DNA from: Octopus sinensis
Taxonomy: Eukaryota
NCBI RefSeq assembly: GCF_006345805.1
Contig: NC_042999.1
Span: forward strand, 47,802,001-47,866,000
Direction of reading: 5' to 3'
DNA: 64,000 nt
This document shows positions 25,546 through 39,559 of this stretch, in pieces. Every line of letters starts with the position of its first letter. The first letter of the stretch is position 1. A program made the translations under genes and the position numbers. The notes beneath the pieces are model-generated. The model saw nothing but the letters and a program-made list of their open reading frames with translations, ran no database searches and was not told the DNA's origin.

Positions 25546-27512
25546 ACTTGACTGACGTAAGAAGATATCGAATGACCCGTCCTTTTTTCCTGTTCCTCTA
25601 ATTGTTGATTTTCTTGTCCACCTTTGTATCGTCTATCTGTCCGAATGTTTTATTGTCCTTTATTCCGTTTTTGTTCCATTTTTTAATATTTATATAGCAA
25701 GCGTACGCACACTTTTGCTCACATTATATGTACATATACATATATAATTTTTAATAATTTTATCTATACCTTACAGATGACTGTTTTATTCTTTTTATTC
25801 ACTATGAATTTACTTTATATTTATCTTTCCTCAACCGTATGTATTTCTACTTAATTGTTCTAGTTTTATTTGTTTTACTTTATCCCTAATCACATTCTGA
25901 TCAATCTGTAAGCCCTTTACCTGAGTATATTTTAATATCAGCCATAAACCGTAAAATCTAGTCTGCTGAACTGTATTGATAGGCCCAGATATAACATTGC
26001 AAGGTACATTTTCCCCTCTGATGAAATTATGCCCATGTCACATAAATGCAAATTTAATCCAGAAATTTGTAATTAAATTACTTAGTATTAATTGTAACGG
26101 CTGTAAGAAGCGAAGATGACTAGTTTGTTAATAATAAACAATTGTTAACTTTTTTATCATCATTTTCTTTTCTTCTTTGACTACACACGCACATATATGC
26201 TTGTACGTACGTTAATATGTATGTATGCATGGAGGTATGCATATATATGTGTGCATGTGTTCGTGTGTGTCAATATCAGCATGCAGTAAAAAGTGATTCA
26301 TTTAAAATGCGCTACGGTTATTTTTCCTGAGTAAATTATCTTCCTTTTTTTCGATTTTGTGTCTTTACTACCCAAGCAGTATGAGGACATCAATATTGGA
26401 GTCAATGTAATCACCTAAAATCCCTAAAATCACGGTCTCAGTCCACTACTTGAAACTAATAGAAGTTGTGCAGATGTTTTAAGCATAACAAAACAAAAGC
26501 ATGATATCCTCAAAAGAAGAAAACTAGTATCAGATGATTTTTTTTAATCAATATAAATATGTTTTGTTTAATATATTAAGCTTAAACATTTGTTTACATG
26601 TAATTTCTTATTTAGCGTTATACTCTAATTATATTCATTCATTTATTTACTATTGCTTCAATTATGTAAGTTCCAATCTTCTGATCTTTTGTTTTATAAT
26701 TCGTCTGTTTTTCTATTCTCTTTTCTTTTTTTTTTTTTTTGGTTTCGTTTAAAACTCATCGTTATTCACCAAACAGACATAAACAGTCGTCTAATGAGAG
26801 TTTTAAGCTAAACAGACACGTAAAACAATTCTATTGAAACTGAAACAACAAGCTAATAAAGCCCCTTTCTTAATGCTCTTAATCTCATTAATTACTTGAA
26901 TTCGTATTTTTTTCTTTGCTTTTACTTGGATTCTTATAAAATAATCAAGAGCTGCGGGTTATTGTTTGTTTTTTCTAACAGCGTTTTATGTAGTTTCTTC
27001 ACCACGCATTGTACTACCACTACAAAGCAGCAGCAGCAGTAGCGGTTGCAGTAGCAGCAGCAGTAGTAGTAGTAGTATAGTAGTAAATGATTTATGTTTA
27101 CACTCCTTTTAGATTTGATCGATGCTGTGATTGTCGCACACGGTATCAATCAGTTCAACTAAGTTGAATCAGAGTTCAAGCGAAGTTTATTCCTCCCTGA
27201 ATATACATTTTCCTATTCATTTATCTATATTTCATCCATAAATGCAGACTTCTAGATAGATACTAATTTGCCTTAGGTCATCCTACTTGCAGCAAGCATC
27301 TGAACAAAGCCATTTCGTGTAAGGCACCTCGTCTATTTCTCGCAAACGATGCTTCTCTATTATTCACGAACGCTCTGCCTCTAGGGTTACGTAAAGTACC
27401 ATGCGTTTCTAAAATTATAATTAAAAGCTACAGAAACTGATACTAAAGTTTTGAATAATATACTATTTCTATGTTTTTGAGGGTTTTTTCTTTTTTGGTT
27501 TTTGTAGTTAAT

Positions 27513-27845
27513 CTTTCTCCTTTTCCTTGTTTCAGTCATGACTATGGTCATGCTGGGGCACCATTTTGGAGAATTTTTGCTTACCGAATCAACCTCAAAG
27601 CTGATTTTCGTGTTCAAGCCTGGGGCATAAGTTATCTGTTTCTTTTGCTGATCCGCTAAGCAACACTGGTTGTCAGACAGTGATGGGAGATAAACACAGA
27701 CACAATCACACACGCGCACATACACACACACGCACACATGGATGTATATATAAATATAAAACAGGCTACTTTCAATTTCAGTCTACCAAATCCACGCACA
27801 TGACTTTCAGTTGAAGACACTTTCTCAGGCTGCCAAACAGTAGGA
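27513..27845 (-). mobile_element. SINE family B (old, diverged)
   Basis: ttgtttcagtcat...catgctggggcacc...tttcagtctaccaaatccac. Confidence 0.7.
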
Positions 27846-28479
27846 CTTGTTACCAAGCCGTGTAGATAGGAAACAACATACTTAGCTCAGAACCAAATCT
27901 TTAATAAATTTCTGTATATTTCATTTCTGCTTTACCTTAATAATTCAACAGCCTCTGTAACTTCCCATGGGAAGTTAACGCTATTATAATGTCTTTTCTT
28001 TAAGAAATATTATTAATGCCCAAATTCTCGAATCTGTTCACATGTGATCGGAACTTATCTGTGTTTCGCTGGCATTTTGCTGAAAATGACTATAAGTATT
28101 ATTGCCTATAGTCAGGACGCCAGCCCGTCGCGATGGTTATCTCGTAGATGTTACTGGAACAACTCAAAACGAACTCCTTTGCTCAAGGACACTAGCGCGT
28201 CTTTCAAATTCGTGATTCGAACACATGTGTTAATGCTTGTGTTCTGCATACTCTGACCAACAGGATCTCAACCACCTTTGATTAATATTTTATTCTGCTG
28301 GATCCTCATAGCCATTCGATATTTAAAAACTAGATTTCTAGAAACTTCTTTCAAGATTCCTATTTTGTTTTCCAGACATTAACATATGTAGGTTGAGTGA
28401 TGTAAAAAGGTAGATAGAAAAAAATAGTAATTGTTTCTTGAAATACATGCCAATACATACATCGAAAGCAAACTCTTTT

Positions 28480-28574
28480 CAGAGGCCTTTAAAATACTGT
28501 TCTGGATCGGCAATTTACAATTTTCTTGCGTAGGCCACCCAAAATTTTATATAGACCGTGTTTGAGAACCTCTG
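28480..28574. mobile_element. Possible small hAT/Charlie-like MITE
   Basis: cagaggcctttaaa ... tttgagaacctctg imperfect TIRs; right flank ctcta fits the NTCTAGAN target preference. Confidence 0.3.
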
Positions 28575-29012
28575 CTCTAATCTAATTCCCTGTCTGTGTG
28601 TTAATGCACTGGTAATTATATATTTGGTCTTCTGTATAAAATAACGTCGTATAAATTTATAATCCTTAATTTAGGATTATCTAGAACTACACTATAAAAG
28701 CAGATGTTCACTGTTTAACATTTTATAGATAAATTTGAAGGCAATTCGGTTGCTTTTACTTGCAAAACTAGCAACAAAATAGCCGTTCACTTCTTCGCTT
28801 ACTTCCTAAATGCAAAGTACAAATCAGAAAAGAGCTCTACTATAATCGACTCTACCATGTTCAAAGCATCATCATTTTCTACTATTTTCTTTCTTTTAGA
28901 ACGCACGCGAATTGCTGGAACTTTGAAACATAATTATTCTTAAAATGTGGGTTATTTTACGCACTACCGAAGTAGTACACACACACACACACACACACAT
29001 AAATATATACAC

Positions 29013-29046
<34 letters not shown>

Positions 29047-29655
29047 GCATGTATATATACATGAATATAAGCATACGTGTGTGTATGTATGTATACATTC
29101 AAATATATATATATATGTATGTGTGTGTGTAAACACACATATGATGTGTAAACACAACTACACTCTAGCACATGTATACGCGTGCATACGAACGGCGAAC
29201 AGTAGTCATTTAGCTTCTAGAATATCCGATTAAAAATAAAATGAAAGCATTTTATTTATTACACTTAATTAGAAATGAAATGAATAAAAATAAGCAGAGA
29301 TAAAATATTTCATGCATAGCTTCCCGGGGTAAGATGAAAATACTACAAGAACTTTATCACATTCAAATTAATTACCGCTGAATTATGCTTTGATGAGGGA
29401 AATGAGAGACGCAATTATATACGAGAACTGTGTTTTCTTTATAGGCTTGCCCGGTTAAGATGACGTTTAATCATGTATCCAGATCTAAACTGAGCCGAAA
29501 TAATTCAATATTGTTTATAAAGCGGGAAGTAATGAGTGTGAAGATTTAGTAGAACGCCAGAATAAAAAAAAAAATGTTTTAACAGTTTTAGTGTAGTTAT
29601 TTTACCCGGAATTGCAGTGAAGCTGCTACCAGCCTTTCTGTATAAAAGTCTAGAG

Positions 29656-29988
29656 CAGTGGTCAGACTTTTTTGAGTTTAATGTCAGAGTTTTTGCGGTC
29701 TACTAAACAAAATATTACTATGGAGATCCACAATAGCATTTTAAGTGACCCCGAACAAATTAGTGTTAAATGTGGGCAACGATATGTATTGCAAGATACA
29801 GTTAGGTTTCTTTCTCTGACATTTTGCCTCGTTCAACCTACAGAAGTTAATGTGTGGAAAACATAACTGGAATGTTGAAAAAGGTTTCTGCAAAATTAGT
29901 TATTAAACATCGAATATCTCTGGGTGTCCACCTGAACAAAATAGTAATCAAACGGATCCGTAGATGAAAAATGTTTGAGAACCCCTTG
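29656..29988. mobile_element. Possible hAT/Charlie-like MITE
   Basis: gtctagag|cagtggtcagac ... tttgagaacccct; termini resemble CAGTGGTTCTCAA. Confidence 0.4.
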
Positions 29989-30503
29989 GCTGGACTATAA
30001 AAGACCAGAATAAGAAAGAAGAATTTAGTATAGAAGGAAAATAGTCATAATATATAAGGGATAATGCAATGTAGTAATATGGGCTTTATTGGTACACTAA
30101 AACAAAAGAATTCGTAAAATTGGGGAAACATTCTAAGGCAGATCAACAGTTCTATTTAAAAACGGGACAAGTCTCTACCGAACTGTTATTCCTAGAAGCT
30201 GATTGAATGTCTTCTACGTTAAAATTATCTGTTCTGTGTTAAAATTAAGTGATTAGTGGCTTAGATTTTTAGAGTTGTGTACCGGTGAATATCGAGGCAA
30301 TAGTCAATTTAGTATATTATTAGTATACTAATAATACAGCTCCATATATACATAGATACACAGGATCATGCACATGTACATACACATATACATTTATTTA
30401 TCTACATTTAGATATATAACTATATATATACATATATATACATATATACATATCTATATATACATATATATATACACATATGCATACATATATATATGTA
30501 TGC

Positions 30504-30546
<43 letters not shown>

Positions 30547-31747
30547 GAATGTATGTGTATATATTTATATGCATGTTTATTTATATATTACGCATATATC
30601 CATATACTGGTCTGTCAAACACGAACTTTGACCAGTGAGAATAAATCAATATCGCCTTTGCTATAATTCTTCCACATTGATTTCTATGTATTTTATTTAC
30701 ATGAAAATTGTATAGAAATGGTAAAAATAAAAACCTAACTCAAATGATATTAGTTGCAAAATAGCAAGTTCAGAAGTTGTTATAGACTAACGCCTAATTA
30801 ACACCTAACGTAAACCATGATTATTGACAGTGATGTCACAAAGTGACTTTACAAATAGAATTAAATGTGTAGTTAGGACTGAAGCTATCACCAAATCAAT
30901 AAGTTGTGCCCTAGTTTGTGTCAAAGTGTCATTCAAAATCTCCTCTGAATAAATTATTTCCTGGGGTGCAATCCTAAGATAAAAACGAACGAACAATTGA
31001 GTGTGAATGTTTAAGTTTTTGATTTTATTGTTGATTTACTGTAATTTGGTACAAAATAAGTTTACAAATTATTTCAGTTAATTGAGTTTCGCTAAGACAA
31101 TTATTTGAATGCCTGTGTAATGTTTAACACATACGCAGGTGGAGGCATGTAGAACGTGTTATCAAATGCCCCCAGAAGAATGAAATAGAAGTTATTCAAT
31201 ACAACAGGGGCTGAATTTAGAGTGAACAAAGAATAAATCGAAAATGTATAATGAATATATTGCTGGGTTTTGGTAATCGACGATGCTTTATTCCCTTGAG
31301 ATAATTCACATGATAGTGTTATACCACTTTATGGAGATAAAATACGTTTCGAGCTAAAGAACTAAGGTATGCAGATAAATTACTCTGTTCTGTTCCAAAA
31401 CATACTTATCTACGCTATTCAAATACATACCTACATAGGCCAGAAATGTTTTCAACTCATTTTGAATACTACTAAATCACGTAGATGTTGGGGATAATTT
31501 TGGACTATTGTCGTGCTGATAATGCCTATACAGGGCTGTCCTTTTATATACAGACTAAACTTGTCAATTTCCTTAATGATATCTCAGTTTTGACGAATTC
31601 TTGATTTTTAAGCTGGCCTGCCCTTCACATTGCTATTTGGTAATCATGACACGTAGACTAGAGGTGGAGTTAATTTTAATAAACCACGAATTATTGCTGT
31701 ATATTTTATATAACACTGTTTTATATATATATTTATATATATATACG

Positions 31748-31819
<72 letters not shown>

Positions 31820-31829
31820 TACTATAAAA

Positions 31830-32039
31830 TGTGACCGCGTGTGTACCGTTGGCGACTTTTTTTCCCCCGTCTTCCCTTCTCTGGATCTTTCCTTTTCCTA
31901 TGTTTCTGACGAAGAGCTCCGCTCGAAACGTAAAACCCTCCTTCTTCCTTTCCTTCCTGAGCGTCCAATAATACTATATTTGTTCCACGTCCTCGCGTTG
32001 TTGTGTTTTCTCTTTGTGATTTCATGTTTGGATTAACTT

Positions 32040-32040
<1 letters not shown>
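31830..32040 (+). mobile_element. Putative Penelope-like element terminal fragment
   Basis: Pyrimidine-rich block containing an intact minimal hammerhead core. Confidence 0.5.
31902..31936 (+). ncRNA. Minimal type-I hammerhead ribozyme candidate
   Basis: GTTT CTGACGA A GAGC TCC GCTC GAAAC GTA AAAC: complete core, 4-bp stem II, 4-bp stem I, palindromic ACGT stem III. Confidence 0.7.
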
Positions 32041-32134
<94 letters not shown>

Positions 32135-32997
32135 GTGTGTGTGCGGGTGTGTTTGTGTGTAGGACGAGGCTTAATCATCATTCTAATTTGCTATATATGT
32201 TCAAAACAGAATTGTGTAGGGGAAGGAATACATGAAATGAGTTATGAATTAGGACCTGTGGTTATTCCGTCTCTAATGCACAGCTGAAAAAATATTTCTT
32301 CAGTCATCATTCCATACAAAGAGTATATGTTTAACGAAATTTTCTCATATAGAAATTTTCAACACATTTGGATCTAAAAATTTCGTGATTTATATAATAT
32401 CTAGAAATTTCGTAAAATATTTAAATATTTAAATTTTGAAACAAATGTTTTGTTTAATACAAAGCCATTTGTTACCGAATTTCATTTATGTATTGGGAAT
32501 TTAATATTTCCTCTTATTACACAGACTTACAAGCAGTATCGTGGTGAAGTATTATCAAAATTGGTTTTTAATGTCTAACCATAGAACCACAGTAACGCCC
32601 ATGACATTTTTCATAGTCTCCGTGGCTGGTAGAAAAGAGGACGGAAATAAAACCGAGTAAACGAAAGATTTCTTTAAAATATTATACGTTGAAACGTTCC
32701 CTCAATATTTTCTTTCTAATACAAATTTGTAGAAAACTTTTCGGACATGTTCAGGTGTATAAATAGAAATTAAATGTGTGTATCTCATGAGTATTGCCTC
32801 AGAACTTAAGAAGTTTTCAGGTAGGTGTGAGATATTTAAATAAATAAGAAAAAAATGGCTTTTGCAACTGTAGATGTAATGTTACAAAATAAACGAACTG
32901 ATTAAATTAACAGGTTATCCAATCTTCCGGGAAAACGTACCGACTAATCAGAGGCTGCACTGAATAACTGAAGAATTAATTCCAAGGCATATATATA

Positions 32998-33039
<42 letters not shown>

Positions 33040-34105
33040 AATGTCTGCCGTAAACAAGTTACCGTCTACTTATAGAAAGAAAACCAAGCAACGATTTTTA
33101 GCGACTCTTAAGGAAAGGGGAGATAATTTAAAAACTGAAAATTAATTTTTCCAAGTTGAATTGAATGCCAGTAGAAAATTATGTACGTTCATGACCGGAA
33201 ACGCAGTAGCAAACCCTGCTGTTTCTAAAATAATTACCACGCTTGATTATTTAAATGAAAGTAGTTCATATTCTACCTGCTAGAAACATTAAGTTAGTTT
33301 CTTGAACTATATTGTCTTTCCATAAATGTAAATATATTAGTGTTTCTCTTTACTCATTTGTTCCTGAAATTTATAATACAAAATACTGCATATGCCTTAC
33401 TTCTTCCAGAAATAGGCATTCTTTATTCAACACTTCTTTTGTAATGACATTAAGCATACAAAAACTGCATGTAAATTAACACCTTGCGTTATGATTTATA
33501 TATCAACTTTGACCGACGGGTTTTGCATAAGATTATAAATAACTGTTTTGTTTTTGTTGTTTTTTTTTTGGCTGTTAAAGGTAACCAAACGTAAATCATA
33601 AATACACAGGACGGGATATGATATGAAAATAAAACAAATCACGTACTTTTAGAAAAAAAGGAAAACTGAAAGCGTAAACGAAATGCAGAGAAATCGGGGA
33701 ATAAGCAGTGGCATTGAAACAAATATTAAAAGAGGAACTGTGAAATAGTAATTTAAAGCAAAGGATGGTGGGAAAGACATAGAGGGAGAGAGAGTGGGAC
33801 AGTGTGTGTGTGTGTGTGTGTGCTTGTATGTCTATGTGCATGTGTGTGTGTGCGTGAGAGAGAGAGAGAGAGAGAGAGTGATAAAGAACAAAAAGAGACA
33901 ACACGAATGCTGTTAAACAGAATCCTGAATACACAGTAGGCTGGTAAATTGTGTACTTAACACTACGTTAGTGATTGAATACTGTATTTATGTACGTGTG
34001 TGTGTGTGAGAGAGAGAGAGAGATCAGTGGTACCCAACTTGTTCGCAACCCTTTTATTTAAATGTGTTTTCCGACGGACCCCTTTTAATATACTTATGTA
34101 CGTAA

Positions 34106-34131
<26 letters not shown>

Positions 34132-34137
<6 letters not shown>

Positions 34138-34299
34138 TTTATTTAAAAGCAGCAGAAACTTCAACAAAACCTGTTACTCTGAGTTTCACGTTCCGTTCGT
34201 CGGACAGTTTTTCTAGCAAAAACTGTCCGACGAACGGGAACCTGAAACTCAGAGTAACAGGTTTTGTTGAATTTTCTGCTGCTTTTAAATGAAGCATAT
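34132..34299. repeat. ~165-bp near-perfect palindrome (foldback)
   Basis: Arms 34141-34212 and 34218-34290 differ by 2 substitutions and 1 indel; 5-nt centre ctagc. Confidence 0.95.
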
Positions 34300-34359
34300 T
34301 ACTCTACCACTGGTATTTGAGTACTCTTTTTTCCACTTGTTTCACATTTATGTGTTTAT

Positions 34360-34367
34360 ACTCCGTA

Positions 34368-34416
<49 letters not shown>

Positions 34417-34433
34417 GATATATGGGGGAAAAA

Positions 34434-34464
<31 letters not shown>

Positions 34465-34479
34465 GTTTGTGTGTATAAG

Positions 34480-34512
<33 letters not shown>

Positions 34513-34581
34513 TATATATGTTTGTGTGTATAAGTATATATTATATATATATATTATATATATATATGTTTGTGTGTATAA

Positions 34582-34624
<43 letters not shown>

Positions 34625-34889
34625 TGTGTGTAAAGTATATATATATATAATATATATATATATATTGTTATATATATATTTATATTATAAGTATAATATA
34701 ATATATATAATAATATATTAATATTATATATATGTTGTGTGTATAAGTATATATATAGTAAATATATATATATATATTTATATGTATAATATATATATAT
34801 ATTTATATGTATGCATATATATATATATATATATTTATATGTATGCATAATATATATATATATATTTATATGTATGCATATATATATAT

Positions 34890-34927
<38 letters not shown>

Positions 34928-35041
34928 GTATGTATACATAATATAAATATATATATATATATGTCTATATATATATGTATGTATAAGTATATATATAGGT
35001 ATGCATATATATATATATAATAATATATATGTATATATATG

Positions 35042-35081
<40 letters not shown>

Positions 35082-35298
35082 AAGTATATATATGTATGCA
35101 TATATATATATATATATGTTTATATATATATGTTAATATATGTATGCATATATGTATATATATATATATAATATATATGTATGTATAAGTATATATATAT
35201 GTATGCATATATATATATATATATATAGTATATATATATATATATTATATATATATATATATATGTTTATATATATATGTTAATATATATGTATATAT
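34360..35298. repeat. ~0.9-kb degenerate (TA)n tract with higher-order units (tgtttgtgtgtataag; tttatatgtatgca)
   Basis: Directly visible. Confidence 0.95.
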
Positions 35299-35555
35299 GT
35301 AGGCGGAAACTGATAAAAGCCCGACGTATGTGTGTGTGTTGTTGTATCTGTGTTTGTCCCTCCACCATCGCTTGATAACCGATGTTGGTGTGTTTACGTC
35401 CCAGTAAATTAGCGGTTCGGTGTAAGAGACCGACAGAATAAGTACTAGGCTTACAAAGAGTAAGACCTGGGGATCGATTAGTTTGACGAAAGACGGTGCT
35501 TCAGCATAACTGGTGTCAAATAACTGAAACAAATAACAGAATAGAAGAATACAAG
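35299..35555 (+). mobile_element. SINE family B, 5'-truncated
   Basis: gtaggcggaaactga...tctgtgtttgtccc...aataagtactaggcttac...actgaaacaa. Confidence 0.85.
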
Positions 35556-36044
35556 AATGTGTATCATGAACATGAGCATCGCATTTCTAGCCTCAAGAAC
35601 AACTAAACATTAATAGTTTAAACAAGTTTTAAATTTAGCGACCCGACAGAAATATGCTGCTTGTTTTTTTACACAGTTTAGCTAAGAAAACAACATAATT
35701 ATTTTTATAAAAGCAATTGAATTTGATGACTAAGAAATATGATCAACGATCCGAAACAGAAGCAATTCCCATGACAACCTTAAGTAGGTATAGACATAGA
35801 ATTTTATAAAATGAAAATGAAATACAAATAATTATGGTAAGCAAAATACAAGCAACCACTAGAATGACGAAACCGTGAAACCTAACTGGCCTAAAACCTA
35901 ACGTAAAGCAATATAACAAATCGAAGGTAGAATTCAACAAATGAAATAAATAACCACAGAAAATACAGTAGTAATAGCAATCCAACGGTCAATGTTTAAT
36001 AGAAAGCAGAGAGAAAATGAGCGAAACATCAGGCTCATATATAT

Positions 36045-36093
<49 letters not shown>

Positions 36094-36249
36094 AAGATAA
36101 GTTCTCGCCTGATGATCACTGTCGCAGAAGACTCGAATCTAGATAATATATAATATAAAAGAATGTAACGTAATATTATATAATATAAACTCTCTCTCTT
36201 TCTTTCTTTCTCTCTCTCTCTCTCTCTCTCTCTCCATATATATATATGT

Positions 36250-36627
36250 AAAAAATTCAAACTGGGACAAGAACGCAAAACATTTAGAAGACGATACAAG
36301 AAACACGGACGGGACATTCGAAGCCTTCAATCTTCAGTCAAGAACCGGATCATCTTAGCAATTTCGGCTGATTAATCTTGAGATTGCTTCAATCTGGCCA
36401 GACCCAAGGCAAATCTCAGCTAAACGCATTAGATTCCTTGGAAGAAAGCTTCGAATGTATACAAAACAAAGACGGAAAAACGTACGATGTTACACGAATA
36501 TGAATACAAAAAATACGTAAAGAGGATGGTCCGGTTCTTGACTGAAGATTGAATGCTTCGAATGTCCCGACCGTGTTTTTTGTATCGTCTTCTAACTTTT
36601 GCGTTCTTGTCCCTGTTTGTATTTTTT
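36250..36627. repeat. ~105-bp inverted repeat with ~170-bp spacer
   Basis: 36250-36354 is a close reverse complement of 36525-36627. Confidence 0.9.
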
Positions 36628-36638
36628 TACACACACAC

Positions 36639-36715
<77 letters not shown>

Positions 36716-37596
36716 CGGCGTACGTACCCTTGTCTTATATATGTTATTCAAGAGTACTTTGAATACACATAGGTTGGTATATTGCGTACTTAATACTATT
36801 TTGTGATTGCATACTGTATTTATGCATATATGTACGTATATTTGTTTTTATGTATGCATGAATGTATGGTTGTGTGTATGTATGTATGTATATATATATA
36901 TGTGTGTGTGCGTGTGTGTGTGCGTGTATGTGTGCTTGTGTGTGTGTGTGTATGCATATGTACCTGATAAAATGTTATTGTAAATAACATAATGATACCT
37001 AAATACAAATATCATATGTCTTACGGAAATGGGCACCAAACATGTATATATCATGCAAGTAGTAGTATGAATATTCCACAAACAAACAAGAATAGCAGCC
37101 TGAAGGTTATCTCTTCTTTTCAGAATAACGACATTGAGATATATCATTAAAATTTCATTGGAAGTGAAATTGCTGCGCCTACTCGCACTTGCCCTAAAAA
37201 TAAGCCACTCAGCTGACCAAATGAAGTGACAGAGTAAGATGTGTGTCACCAAATGTGATGCAACCACTACCTGTTTATCCCATATCTGTTCTCTTAGGGA
37301 TTACCTACCTAAATAGTCATCTCATACATCGTACAGGTTGCTTGAAACACTCAGATCGAAGGCTGCACCTTACACATAGTTGTTTCACCTCAAATTGTAA
37401 CCCCGTTTCTATCAACTTCGCTGATCCTGGTAGTTATGTCGCACCACAATACTTTAAATGGAGTATTAACGGCTTTAATTTCACCAGCCTACAAGGACTG
37501 TATTCGGCTTTTGTTTTCCCAGACATATGTATTCATACAAATATAGATAAATTAGAAATATACATACAAAAGTTTTGCATAATTTAAAAATCATTG

Positions 37597-37634
<38 letters not shown>

Positions 37635-37679
37635 GTGTGTGTGTGTAAATAGTTGATCGTTAGCAAGGAAAGACACGCA

Positions 37680-37865
37680 TATAAGAAAGAAGAAAGCAAA
37701 GGACCACTGATGAGGCCACAGAAGTGTGACGAAAGGACTCTGGCCGGAAGAATACGATTAATGTAAAAAATAAAATAAAACTGAAGCAAATTAACACCAA
37801 ATATAGAGTGCGTGTGTTTTTATTGGTTAAAATGTCAACATGACCATCCCTAAATACAACAATAT
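37680..37865. mobile_element. Repeat family D, opposite orientation to the 19.8-kb copy
   Basis: Reverse-complement match to 19850-20030. Confidence 0.7.
37701..37746 (+). ncRNA. Minimal type-I hammerhead ribozyme candidate
   Basis: GGACCA CTGATGA G GCCACA GAAG TGTGAC GAAA GGA CTC TGGCC: intact core, stem II 5 of 6 pairs, stem I CCA/TGG. Confidence 0.6.
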
Positions 37866-37935
37866 ACTAATACATTTGTTTGTTTTGTACACCAATTGTC
37901 TTCGTCTTTTGTTTTTTTTCATAAACTCTCCCTCC

Positions 37936-37968
<33 letters not shown>

Positions 37969-38014
37969 CGTTATGTAAATTTTGTAAAGTACCAAAGCAT
38001 GTACACAAACATAC

Positions 38015-38030
38015 ATACATTCATGCGCAC

Positions 38031-38061
<31 letters not shown>

Positions 38062-38385
38062 AATACCTACATAGATACATACACATACATACACAGATAC
38101 ATGCATACATACGTACATGCATGCATACAAACGTGCAAACGTACATACATACATACATACATAATGATTACCTCGTCCTGTCAGATAATGTACTCTTATA
38201 TTCATACATGCATACATACATACATACATACATACATGCATACATATGCACATGCATATATACATACAGACGTACAAACGTACATACATACATACATACA
38301 TACATACAAACGTACATGCATACATACGTGCATGCATACATACGTGCAAACATACATACATACTTGCATACATACATACATGCCC
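38015..38385. repeat. Degenerate (CATA)n microsatellite
   Basis: Directly visible. Confidence 0.95.
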
Positions 38386-38949
38386 ATAATAATTGGTTCA
38401 CTTGGTTTTGCGAGTCAATCCCTGAGTGACAATTTCGATAATTAATGGGCTTCAGGAAAATAGAAATGAAGGAGCTCATTCTCGCACAACAAATACAATT
38501 TGTATGCGGAACAGTAAATACATGGCAGACTTTTCTCAAGTTTTAGAAGTGAATTTATTCTTGTTAATTACATTATAAGGCAGAGATTTGTAACCTGGTT
38601 AGACATCAGTTTCTTTCTCAGAGAAACATTTCAGATAATTGAAAACATAAGAGAACATATATACATATGTACATGTACACACAGACACACAGACAGACAC
38701 ACACACACACACACATACTCACACACACACACGCATATACACACATACGCACACATCATGCAAACACGCACGCGTGCACACACTCACATGCACACACACA
38801 GGTATATATTCTTTTCTACTTTAGGCACAAGGCCCGAAATTTGTACGCCACTGGTTCTCAATTTATCGACCCCGAAAAGATGAAAGGCAAAGTCGACCTC
38901 GGCAGACACACATGCATATATTATTGGAATTCTATCATTTGCTTTTAGG

Positions 38950-39217
38950 TAATGGGTAAAGATCCCCTTTGGTCATGAATAACCATAGGATTGTAACCAG
39001 AAATTTACTCTCCAAGGCACAAGTTCGGGCAAGTTTCTTTATGAACCACCAGCATTCGCCCATTCATATCGGCCCCGCCTCTCCGCGCTACTGATTTCAG
39101 CCAAGGGTGAACAGCAGCAACGTGAAATAAATTGTCTTGCTCAAGAACACAACACACAGCCGACCCCAGGAATCGAACTCGTAAACTCATGGTTTTAAGC
39201 CTGACAATCTAACCACC
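38950..39217 (-). mobile_element. tRNA-derived SINE (family E-like)
   Basis: Shares gcaacgtgaaat...gtcttgctcaagaacacaac...ggaatcgaac with 5415-5665. Confidence 0.65.
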
Positions 39218-39479
39218 GTATAGTTATAGATTTCCACCAACCATTATTAAAACGTTTTAAACTCAACTAAGGGCCAAAGTAGCACTCCTGAGAACAGAAT
39301 ATATTTAATCTACATATTGCAGATACAAGCCATGAAACCAACGCGAAACAATATAGACAATCTGAGAAATCCAGTTTATTATGAAATCCGCATACGGAAT
39401 GTACACACGCAGCGCCGGCTGCCAACACTTTTTTCTGCAAAATAGGGGTAGCTTATCCTGTTCAGGCTATATTACTAGC

Positions 39480-39520
<41 letters not shown>

Positions 39521-39559
39521 GTAAGATATAAACGTACATATATACATATTTTATTATTA

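Noticed and set aside
36105-36140. CTGATGA..CTCGAATC string
   Set aside because: No stem II complementarity and no GAAA.
36540-36580. CTGAAGA..TTCGAATGTC hammerhead-like string in both inverted-repeat arms
   Set aside because: Lacks GAAA, the stem II loop is too small and there is no stem I pairing.
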